Source of the DNA: Spongospora subterranea f. sp. subterranea | Taxonomy: Eukaryota | Assembly: GCA_049724395.1 (NCBI GenBank) | Contig: JAUGWO010000038.1 | Coordinates: forward strand, 1 to 64,000 | Direction: 5' to 3' | Length of the DNA stretch: 64,000 bases | In this document: in pieces, positions 53,087-64,000 of the stretch | Layout of the letters: the number at the start of each line of letters is the position of its first letter | Position numbering within the stretch: position 1 is the stretch's first letter | Made by a program: the position numbers and the translations under genes | Notes under the pieces: generated by a model | What the model was told of the DNA's origin: nothing | Database searches by the model: none | The model's input: the letters and a program-made list of their open reading frames with translations, nothing else

Positions 53087-54496
53087 TTATTCAGCTCGGC
53101 CGGTTTCTGCATGATGTTTCGCCCAGTTCCAGGCATCCCCGCATATATCGTCAACAGTTCGTTTCGGGCTCCAGTTGAGAATGCGCCTCGCTTGCTCGAC
53201 GTTGGCAACTGAGCTCATGATCAGCACAACCGTTAGCGTGATGGCGTTCCATTACCCAAACATTCTACGTCCCCTTCTTTTCGGTTTTCCCAGATCGTTT
53301 GTATACGCCGCTTAATAACGTGCTCGAACGCAGCCAGCACATCAAGCACCGATGAGCCCTTTCCACTGCCGATGTTCAAAATGTGCATCGACCCTCGAGG
53401 AGGGGCCTCATCCAGTTTCGCCACACATCGCACGTGTGCATCGGCAACGTCCTGCTCGATATCGATCAGCAACAGCAATTGAAAACGGGCGATACCGATA
53501 TCGTACTTGAACATGAATGTAATCACGAATTGCCTAACAGCGACTGTGACAATTGAAGAGTTCGAGACGCTGCGTTCATCATGATCAAACCAACCGTTCC
53601 GTCGCTGGTGTTCCAATCGCCACCGAATATTGTCGAACGATCCTGGAATCCCAATCCCACCTTACAAAGCGCCGGAACTAGATGGCCCTAATTTGAACGA
53701 CCGTTGTTAAGTTGTTCGTGAACCCGAAAATTCGAATAGGATTGCCTGCGTTCCCGTCGTGCGTTCGCCTAAGCACCCCGAGGAATGGGCGCCGGCCACG
53801 TTGAAATATCGAAGCACGATTACGGCGAGAGCCTGATCGCCGGCCACTGCCCACGGCAGCTCACTCAACCCGTTGAACCGAATCAGCAGGAAGCACTTAC
53901 CGCAATCAGCCAGGATCCTTTCAACAGCAAGCTTGGCGAATCCATATGGGGTGATTGGTGCTAGATGATCATCTTCTGATATGGGAGTGGCGTCCGATCG
54001 CACCCCTATGGCGTGTCGGATTCACGAGGGCGGTTTTGTTTGCCGAGAAACCTGCTCACCGTAGACGGATGACGATGATGAGAATACGAAGTTAGTGACT
54101 TGATGACGCCTCATGCACCTGAGAAGGTTCAACGCGCTGATCAGCTCGTTTGAATAATATTCCAAAGGCTGTGCAGGATCAGAGCGGGGTGTTCTGGAAA
54201 ACCTGGTGACGCGAACTTACCTTGCGAACAGATTCGCGAATGGCGCTCAACGCCGCTGAGTGGATGACCACGTCGATATTGTATAGGGCGAAAACCGCTT
54301 CCAATGACGCGTCGTCGGTCAAATCGGCTTGGTGGAACGGAATATCGAATCCGGCGAGTGCCCGAATGCGATCAACGGACGACCGTGTCGAATTGCTGAA
54401 GTTATCGATCAGCACAACCTCATGACCGTCTTGCGTCAGTTGCACAGCTGTGTGGGATCCGACATATCCAGCTCCTCCCGTTATCAAGATCACCAT
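53087..54496 (-). CDS. GALE: UDP-glucose 4-epimerase, multi-exon
   Basis: ILITGGAGYVGSHT; FVFSSSSSVYG; TPYGFAK (YxxxK); LRYFNVAGAH; IRDYIHVQDVADAH; LNIGSGKGSSVL; ends DAWNWAKHHAETGRAE*. Confidence 0.93.
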
Positions 54497-56038
54497 CGCT
54501 CGGAAACCGCTTCAAGGAATACGACGCGAACCGCGTAATCGGCGCGGCCGATAGCGTTCATAAGGCTGGTTCGGTCGTTTGAGGTTTTCCCGTTCAACGG
54601 AGGCGGATATCTGGCGGCGCCAGCGAGTTTCGTGATTCGTCTTGAGGGCGATGCAGGTCATTGTGGGGCGTTCAGCTGCGTTGGCATTGAGAACAGCAAC
54701 AGATATCGCATCCAGAATTTGCTCTGTGTCAAATTGATCAAGTTGAGTTGGCCGATGCGTTCTGCGTCTGGCGTATTCATAAATGCTATTGGTTCAGCTA
54801 ACGCTCTCAAGGTCGATTTCGAACATGATCGCCACTTACTCAAGCAAACTAAACAGGCGCATTGTTCATGTCCAAACGACAAAGTGAATTGGTCAATTCT
54901 GCTGACTCATCTCATTCCTGCGATTCCTCTCGAACGTTTTAGTACCATTGTCTACGGCCTTGGACGAAATGGACACACAAGACAGCACAATGATGACGAG
55001 ACCAACAGAAGCGAAGTCACCACGATCATTTAGCAGAACGACCACGCCAAGCGGCAGGTGATGGGGACGTCTGTTGCGTTGTCATTGTGTGTTGGTTTCA
55101 GTTTTTACGGGGACGCGCAACGGTGAGCTATATCTTCTCGCCGTCCCATCGAAACGCTCCCAGGGAGTCGTCGTTTGGCGGTCACATCAAATCAGCAGAC
55201 ATCATCTAGTTGGCAGGATACCAGCTTGTGGCGCTGATCACCTGAGTTCGAGTCTCAGTGTCTGCATCTGTTTTTCCATTTCGTTGGGGTCATGGACGGC
55301 GGGACACATTACCTAATCTTGGCACAAAATTCCGAAGATGTGCCGGCTGAAAAAAAAAGTAGCCCAGGTTGTGGCGATAAAGAAGCGAAATCACGGATTC
55401 CTATCTGGAGCACAAACCCACATCGCTTTTTGATATTGTTGTATATTGATTGTTGAACGTTATTGCATATTTGCCAAGGATTTGATGTGGAGAAAAGACT
55501 AAAGTCGCTCTGAGCTGTTAGATCAAATTCAGGCACAGCGTAATTGGTGGAGATGATCCCGTTTCGGCGCGTGAACCTAGTTTGAAGATTGGCTGACATA
55601 TTTTTCAGCGGTCAGCGCGATTTTCAAAGGTCTCGTTTGGCGGAAGTCGTTTGTTTCTGTAGCCTTGCATGCACCAAGCTATGAATTGTTGCACGATGAG
55701 CCCATTCAGGTCGTTCCCCGCCTGCCATCAGGATGACTTTCAAAACACCTGGCAGATCCTGTAGACCTCGTACGTAGAGAGACTTTCTGGAGATTATTCT
55801 CAGGCCGATTCAACAAATGTCATCTGATCCTTCAACGCTCAGTGGGCCAGGACAACATCACTCCTGATTTGAATGAACCATTCCATCGAAAATCGACGCG
55901 CCAGATTAACGCTTGACCGCTTTGTGATTGATTATGTTGTACTTGGCACATTTCCGCCATGATTAGCGGTAGGGTAAATCGACATGGGATTTGACGCTAA
56001 ATTGGGGTCTCAGAGGGTCTCAGCCTGTCATGTACCCT

Positions 56039-56316
56039 CGCATACACTTAAGTGTATCACATCGTACACTGTACACTTCGTAACAATAACAGCGTTTGAT
56101 TGCTGTACACACGGCCACGTCAGAGTCCAGACGGACATAGGGTACCTAATAAGTACAACACGCATACACTTAAATGTATCACTTCACGGTATCCAGTCGG
56201 AGCGTATTCGCTAAAATGACGTACACTGTACACTTCATAACAATAACAGCGTTTGATTGCTGTACACAAGGCCACGCCAGAGGCCAGACTCACTTGCGGA
56301 CATATTAAGTACAACA
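56039..56316. repeat. Diverged tandem duplication (56039-56160 / 56161-56316) upstream of the glucosidase gene
   Basis: Both copies start CGCATACACTTAA.TGTATCAC, share CGTACACTGTACACTTC.TAACAATAACAGCGTTTGATTGCTGTACACA, and end TAAGTACAACA. Confidence 0.88.
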
Positions 56317-56361
56317 TTGAGCTCAGTCATATTTTTGATTTACTCATTTGAGTCATTGTCG

Positions 56362-59300
56362 ATGAAGATGCTCGTCGATACGGTGGTTAATCCAAATAGA
56401 ATCATGCTAACGGTTTTATGCCTGGGGTTGGCGGTAATCCCCATTGCGTGCGCCGTTGATAAAAACAAGTTCAAGACTTGCGCGCAAAACGGATTTTGTC
56501 GGCGTCTGCGCGATTCGGAACCCGAACAATGGCACATAGATCCAACAACCATCAAAATCAATTCCACTTTAGGCTTAGCCACTGCCAGTCTTGTAAAAGA
56601 TCAGCAAACAGTGTTGTTATCCGTTCAGGTAAAACGTTTGGCTGTTCGAAGCCTTCCCTTCGATGTACAAACTGACTTCAATTATTTTTTTACACTTTAG
56701 ACGTTGGTAAACAACGTGGTCAGAGTTCAAATAGATGAATTTGAGAATACTCGAATACATGAGAGATATCGAGTTCGGGATGTTCTACAAGAGTCAGGTG
56801 ACGTTGGTTTGCCGTGACATGTTGCAATCTTTATTGATGCTTTGGACAATTCAGCACTTCAGCCAACTTCACTGAAGCGGGCGCTAACGGGAAGTACTCG
56901 CATTGTATTGGAGGTCGATGAACATCTTACGGTCTTCGTCAAGTTCTCTCCTTTCCGTGTTCAGGTTCCATAGTCAATCCCTTTACTGATCCGCGATTTA
57001 TTGCTGGAAACTGATAGGTTCAGCTTGATGGTGCCGTTCGTATTGAAGTAAACGCGCAGGATTTGTTACGGTTTGAGCTGTACCGTCGTCGAGATGTATC
57101 GGAAGGTGAGCCAACCGTTTATTGGCGTCTTGTTTTATCTGATGCCAATATATACAGCAAACTCCACACCTGACGATAACAATGATTCCCCGAGCAAATG
57201 GTCTGAGTCGTTCGGAGGACATGAAGATACGGTTCCGAAAGGCCCTGCAGCGGTCTCCTTAGACGTTCAATTTCCGTTTGCATCTCATATTTATGGGTTT
57301 CCGGAGCATGCCACAGAATTTTCCCTTCCTAACTCTCGGGGGCATGATGCAAAGTATGTTTTTATTTGAATCCTGAAATACTCGTTGATGGTCCCGTATA
57401 GATATTCAGAACCGTATCGATTGTTCAATCTGGACGTGTATAAACATCTTGACGATGACCCTCTTGGCCTATATGGTTCGATCCCGTTCGGGATGACTCA
57501 TTCGACCAGTAATCATCGTTAACTTCTTGATTTCAGTGAATAATGGTTGATTGTTTGCAGCTGGAACCGAAGCCGTATACTGGAATAACGCTGCTGAAAC
57601 ATTGGTGGATATTTCGTCGTCAGACCAAGGGAAAAATGTGCTAGTTATCTAGCTTCTTTAGCAATCATGCATTGACTTCGTTTTCAGTGCAGAATAATCT
57701 CTGAGACTGGTGTGATTGATGCGTTTTTTTTTGTATCTTCCTCTGGACCCAGTCCTATCTTCAAAGCCTACTCTGATTTGACGGGGAAAGCTGCGTTTCC
57801 GCCAAAGTAACAGCTTGGCCTCATTACTTTTTAGTCAATGATTTGATGTATTCAGATTCTCTCTTGGATATCATCAATGCCGATGGAATTACAATGATGA
57901 GGCCGACGTTTATGATGTTGATGCGAAATTCGACGAAAACGAATTGCCCTATGATGTTCTCTGGTTGGATATCGAACATACTGATAACAAGAAGTCAGTT
58001 GTTCGGCAAAACATTTTATTTGTTTTTTGACTAATTGCCTCTTAGGTACTTCACTTGGGATTCGGTCAAGTTTCCCAGTCCTGTTGAAATGCAAAACGAT
58101 TTATTCAGCAGGACTCGACGAATGGTGACTATTGTCGATCCGCATATAAAACGTGATATCCAATACTCTGTAAGCTATGAACTTCCAGGTCATTTTGATT
58201 CTAGTTGATAGTCATGAAGGTTCATCGGGAAGCAGAAGCAAAGCGGCATTACGTAATGACACCAAAAGACCAGCCCTTTATCGGTTGGTGCTGGTCTGGA
58301 GATAGTTCATGGTTTGATTTTTTAGGGTTGGAGGTAATTCTCAAAATTGGTTGCTTTGTGAGTGCTGTGATCATTGAAGATTTTCACAGGCTCAAAATGC
58401 GTGGATTGACAATATCGGGTTTTCCAAATATCAAGGTTCTACAGATTCTTTATTTATTTGGAACGACATGAACGAGCCTTCGGTCTTTAGTGGCCCAGAG
58501 GGTACAATGCCGAAGGTTTTGTTGTTTGCGTGGCTCTTGTAGAAAAATCGCTCAATGTTATTCAGGACTGCCTTCACTCTGGAAATGTTGAACACCGTGA
58601 TGTCCATAATCAATATGGGTTTTATAATGCAATGGCAACGTTTAAAGGTCTAGAGAATCGCACATCGCGACCCGAGCGTCCCTTCGTATTATCCAGATCG
58701 TTTTTTGCTGGATCACAGGTAAGAAGTTTCCAACTGTTTCAAAAGCGAAACTCGAATAATTCTGATGCAATTTTTTTTAGCGGTATGGAACCGTCTGGAC
58801 TGGGGATAACATGGCAACATGGTCGCAAATGAAACTCTCCATTCCGATGCTCCTGCATCTGGGCATGGCGGGTCTCCCAAATGTAGGGGCAGATGTCGGC
58901 GGCTTTTTCGATGTACGTTTCATCATTGCAATCTGGCATTTTATCAATTCAACTTTAACAAACACAGCATCCGACCCCAGAAATGTTCGGCCGATGGATG
59001 CAGATGGGTGCTTGGCAGCCTTTCTTTCGCGGTCATTCCCATACCGACAATCCTCGGCGCGAGCCTTGGTTACACGGTCCCGAAACACTTGAACATGTAC
59101 GCAAATCGCTTCAGACAAGGTATTTGAACTGTAAATTTAATTTCGTTTTTCGTCGACCATCTTGATTAGATATAAGTACCTTGATTACACATATACTCTC
59201 TTTTACAACAGCAGCATGACCGGAATGCCTGTGATGCGCCCGCTCTGGATTGAGTTTCATAATGAAGAAAAGTATTCGATTTGTGGTGTTCAAAGAAAAT

Positions 59301-60080
59301 TGTTGAGATTTGGGTTCAGACTTTTCAATGTGTCCGATCATTTCATGCACGGTCATGCCTTTCTTGTTCGTCCCGTGACTGACGAAGGTGCAGTCTCCGT
59401 TTTGGTCACCTTTCCCGGAGGGTCGGGCACGACATGGTATAGACATTGAGTCAACCGTCGCCATCGCAGGGGGGCAAACTGTTTCTGTTCCAGCTCCTCG
59501 TTCGAAGGTGACCCTATTGAGGAAAAACAAGTTTTTTCATGCTTCGTTTTGAATGATCTTGTCATGTCACTATTCGACCGTCTCACTGTTTACTTTAAAT
59601 TAGATTCCTGTGTTTCAAAGAAGTGGTACTATCGTCTATCAGTTAGATCGGGCGAGGCGATCTTCGCAGTGTCAATCCAAGGATCCTTTTACTGTGGTTG
59701 TGGCGCTAGATTCGAGCCACAGAGCAGAAGGGATGGTTTATTTGGATGATGGTGTTTCATACGATTATATGAAAGGTCGGTCTCTGATGCTTGTAATTAA
59801 TGTTTTTATTATTTAATGCTATTTAGGGAATCATACCATTCATCATTTGAAGTTTGAGAACAACGTCATAAGAGGAATATCCAATAGTAATTATCACTCA
59901 ATCAGAAAGATAGAGCGGGTTAAAATTCTGGGTCTTTCAACCAAGGTCAAATCAGTGACAAGATTCGCGAAAGGTGAATCGAAAGCGCTTGAGTTCAAGC
60001 AAACGTTTAATCCGGATTGTTTGATTATACGAAAACCTGGGATCACCATTAACGTAGACTCAGAAATACAGTTTGCATAG
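56362..60080 (+). CDS. GANAB: ER glucosidase II alpha subunit (GH31), multi-exon
   Basis: Signal peptide then [81 protein letters not shown]. Confidence 0.95.
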
Positions 60081-60131
60081 TTCGCCAAAGCCCCAAAGTA
60101 GCGCAATAGAACTGCACAACTCATTTATTGT

Positions 60132-62606
60132 TTATTTGCGTAACAATAGCTCCATCCTGACTTTGATATCGCATAAGGTTTCAATATTTCCCCTTCGTAA
60201 TGACTTCAACCGATGTAATGCATTGCTATCTTCAGCTTCCAATACCAATTGCAATACTTCAAGCACATGATCCAGCGTTGACTTGATGCTGTTTGATTCC
60301 ATCTTGTCAATCGATATTTTTTTAACTTCATTATTTTTCGCGTGTCGTAAAATGCGTTTGAAATTGTTTACCTAGCAATTGAGCATGGAAATCAGAAATG
60401 ATAGTTAACCGATTATTAACGTCGTTACCTCTCCTGGTAAAACAAAGGTGACCGCTCTCCCTGCCTTATTAGCTCGAGCTGTCCGCCCAACACGATGAAG
60501 GTATGTTTTCAGAAAACTGCGAAACGGGATGAGCAAAAAGTAAATTTAATAGGTATAACGAAATCCGACTTTGGACAATCGTAATTGACGACGGTTTCGA
60601 TGCCAGGGATATCGATACCTCTGGCCATGGCGTCAGAGCAGATTAACAATCGATGTGAAGTCTTGAACGATTCCAGTATCTGCAATCGCTGTTTTTGCCT
60701 TAAACCACCTACGCAACATCATCAGTTTGGTCCGGAATTCGCAGGCTAGGCCCATTTACTGTGAAATTCGTCAACCGCGAATCGTTGGTCAAGTTCAAGG
60801 AGTCGTTTGAGATTGTGTGCTGACTCCACAGAATTGGTGAATACGATCGTTTTTCCGTTGCGCTGTTGAAGTAGCCATATCAACGCCACAATCTTCTGCG
60901 TTGCGTCTGGGCAAACGAGCATGTCTTGCGTCAGAGACGCAGCACACGTGAACTCGTTTGTAGGAGTATGCGAATAGAAGACGGGCGCCCTCAAACGCAA
61001 TTTCGACAACGACAGTGGGTCTAGCGACATGGTTGCCGAGAACAAGAGAGTCTGCATCGTGGATTTCGACTGGATTCGCGCTTTCTCAATCGATGATTCC
61101 CAGGCGTGGTAATACTGCCCCAGCAAACGATCGGCCTCATCGATCACCAGATGCTGAATGTGCTCCAATGTGAAGCCCGGAGTGAATTGCAGATGGTCGC
61201 TCAAACGACCTAGAAGAGCGACGAGTCAAAACACAGGAATCAGACACACACCAGAATCGCTTTTACCAGGAGTGGCAATAAGAATGTCGATTGCGGAACT
61301 GTAAGTTCCCGAACATTCCGTTATGAGCTCGCTCTGCTCAAAATCAAACGACCGTTGCCCGATTACGACGCCAACTTTCAGGCCGATTCCATTACAGATT
61401 ACAGAAAATACATTGTGAAGCTGAACAGCGAGATCCCGTGTTGGAACGACAATCTGAAAGCGCGATCAGCATATAATGTCTATTGGCGACTTTGCCGTTT
61501 CTTACCAGGGCACGAAGGCGCCGAACAATCCGATGTCGAAGATTGTTGATTATAGGAAGAGCGAAACAGAGTGATTTTCCTGAGCCAGTAGGGCTGCTAA
61601 CGCAGCAATCGATGCCCAGGCGATAATTGACCATGATGCGAGGGATGAGGAATGACTGCATCGGGAACAGAGCAGAGATCTGAAACTGTTCCGATAGGAT
61701 GGTCATCAGACGCGGATCCAGGTCTAAGTTGTCGCCCTCCGAAACGTGATCGGGGATGATAACGACACGTTGATTGTCCTTCCAGGAAGGCACCATCTCC
61801 TCCTTTACATCTGGAACGGTAACTTCTGGTTCAACGGGTGTCGCCTCTTCTCCCAGAAGGATTTCCTCAGCAGATTCGACAAGGTTCTCCTCTATCTGCG
61901 TCGCTGATGATGTGCCTGATTGTGTCTTGGTCACGCTGTGGTCCAATCCAAATTCACTCAGCGATTGCTGAGCGACTAACGACTTGGCCTGTTTTACCCG
62001 CTTCTTTTCTGCTGATTTTGACGAATTGGGACGAGGATTTTCAGTTGACTGTTTCCTCATTTTGCCCTCTGCTCGGGTTTCGTTAACGGCAGTAGATGGT
62101 GATGGTTTGGCCTGTGTCAATTTCTTCGGTGCAGGCGGCGCCACTTTGGAAACTGGTTCGTCAGATCCGTTCCCCGTTTTCTTATGCTTGCGGCGTTTGC
62201 CATCTGAGGAAGTTTCTGGAAGGGCCGCAGAAGCTAGCAATGTCACTTGTTTCGTTCGTTTCTTCGGTTCAGATGGCGTTAGTTCAGGGTCGGGATCGGC
62301 AACGGAATCGTCAGGTTTTTGACGTTTCCTGTTTTTGCGTTTGACGTCCCCTTTCCGATCTACGCCAATATCCTCCTCGACCTTCTTCCTTTTCTTGTTC
62401 TTGGATGACTCGGCATCCTTATCCGCCGATTTCTTCTTTACGACTTTCGTTCCCGTTTTCGCTTTGAGATGGCCATCCCCGGCCTGTGAAGAGCGATCAT
62501 CTTTCACTGCCGCACCAAGCCCTGATTTCGCCGCATGAATATCGGCCAATTTCCTTCTGATCAGGACCTGACACTTCCCAGCAGTAATAGCGGGTTCGAT
62601 CATCAA
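60132..62606 (-). CDS. DDX51: DEAD-box RNA helicase DDX51/Dbp6 with a long basic N-terminal extension; possible extra 5' exon from about 62739
   Basis: LFPMQ; CVSSPTGSGKS; RRLRAL..VVPTRDLAVQ; IATPGRL; LVIDEADRLL; FSAT; SDAMARGIDI; YLHRVGRTARA. Confidence 0.88.
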
Positions 62607-62938
62607 TGGGCAAATTTCCCAGTAAAATGACGTCGTTTTCAGACTTTCAGGGCGGCGACGCAGCCTTCACCACAAGTCTGATCGGTTTCTGCGCAGTCAG
62701 GAAATGCGCAGTATTTTCACGTTTCGCGCTTTTCGCCATCTCTTTGGCGATCGATGTGTCATCAGAACGCTGATCATCGTGAATGAATATAACAGTGCTT
62801 GTGTTTTTTGAGCGTGCACATGAACAATCTTTGGTCAATCACTTTTCCTCCTTTACTGAATTTGCATTATCTGTTAACGTCGTCGATAAAAACATGGCGA
62901 GAAAACAGTTTTATTTGATTTTCTATGGGCGTTCCTCT

Positions 62939-63972
62939 TCATCGTATCTCTTCACGATGTTTCAGAATACAGGTCTCGCTCTCCAGTTGGCGATAGATTT
63001 CCCGTTCCAGTTGGAGTTTCCTGGCCACGGCCCCGTTTTGCTCCTCGATTGGGATGTGCAACGTCGTCGCTGAACCACGTGATAACAACGATCCTTCTCG
63101 GTGAGTGTCGAGAAACAGGAGGAACAGGAGCAGGCGATCCGATATGGATTGCTGCTCACATCGCCGTCCAAGTACGATCCCTTCGGAGAACGCTTCCATT
63201 GCCATTCGAGCGATCGCCTCCAGGAACTCGTCCATATCCAACGGCCCTTCAGAACTTCTGGTTCGCGCTGCTCGAATATGATGGGAAATCCATACGACCT
63301 TGGTGAAGAGCTCAATCAAACGGAAATCAAGGACAATCGCGCGCTTTAACGACAAACCTTTCGGGCGGTAAGAAGGTTCGGAACGATGGCGGTCGACACA
63401 CACATCTTGTCCAGGTCGCATTGGCCAAGTCTCAGGCCGGAATATCCTTGGCCAGGGACGGTGACAAATTCGCCATAGAGCAGGCGGATCCTGGGCTCGT
63501 GCTCGAGCAGAATGGAGCAGACGGTGGGGTCGTGAAGCGGGTTCAGCGATGGCCGTAATCGTGCCGGATGATCGGCGTTGTTCAGATAAACGGTTTGGAT
63601 GACGGCGGTGATCAGCCCCAGCGACTCAGTAATCGTTGCGCCATCGGTCTGGCTAATGCACGAGGCGTGCCATTCCAGGAACAACGCGAATAGGTCCAGG
63701 GACACGGAGACGACGCGGCACTCGCGTTTGAACCGGGCCAGAGCGACGACGGCGTGGCTCTTGCGTATCTGCAGCTTGGCCGGCGCCGTTTGATTATAAT
63801 CGCTGACGAACCGCAACAGGGTCGAGGAGGATATTGTGAATTTTTCATGGCCACCGGAGTCGTCGCGTCGGCAATAGAAATCGAAAACGTTCTCGACGAT
63901 GGTCCTGTACGATCGTGTCCAGGTGACGGTCGTCGGTAGTTGGCTCTCGCTACTGTCGCGAATGGCGACCAA
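62939..63972 (-). CDS. Hypothetical protein (EF-hand-like helical repeats), may begin beyond the window
   Basis: Long GC-rich ORFs 63346..63972 and 62939..63421 with VENVFDFYC and LDMDEFLEAIARMA. The junction was not resolved. Confidence 0.5.
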
Positions 63973-64000
63973 ACGTCTCGTGGTTCCAGGGAGGTGTTCA

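Noticed and set aside
53087..53160. Apparent frameshift at the GALE 3' end
   Set aside because: Recounting the G run gives an intact frame, DDICGDAWNW.
54600..55990. Possible minus-strand gene upstream of GALE
   Set aside because: Intron-like gaps are present, but the frames could not be joined without stops by eye.

Overview
Eukaryotic genomic DNA, not prokaryotic. Genes are densely packed with many short (about 45-75 bp) GT-AG introns, and a dynein-arm assembly gene (LRRC6/DNAAF11) implies a flagellated stage. A compact protist genome such as a plasmodiophorid would fit, but that is inference only. The window has three parts. (1) About 1-9.3 kb is a rearranged transposon graveyard. It holds a giant imperfect palindrome (1-2497 vs 2837-6766) carrying a spliced OTU-protease gene head-to-head with a FAR1/MULE-type zinc-finger gene. 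A 1403-bp Tc1/IS630-like element (30-bp TIRs, TA duplication) sits in only one arm, so the empty site is visible in the other. Two abutting hairpins follow, then a Crypton/NDC10-like tyrosine recombinase whose catalytic-Tyr half is inverted. (2) About 9.9-18.8 kb holds three apparently intronless genes for hydrophobic-N-terminus, acidic, repeat-rich proteins with basic tails, two of them an inverted near-identical pair. A divergent two-pore-channel-like gene and a 40-copy 63/67-bp satellite follow. (3) About 26-64 kb is housekeeping: ATG101, LSM8, CSDE1/UNR-like, a coiled-coil protein, syntaxin-18, Exo84/Vps51-like, UBC4, SERCA, a PZP-finger protein, LRRC6, GALE, glucosidase II alpha and DDX51, with two more degenerate fold-back palindromes in intergenic DNA. 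Spliced models were read by eye, so some boundaries are approximate, and some frameshifts may be sequencing errors.
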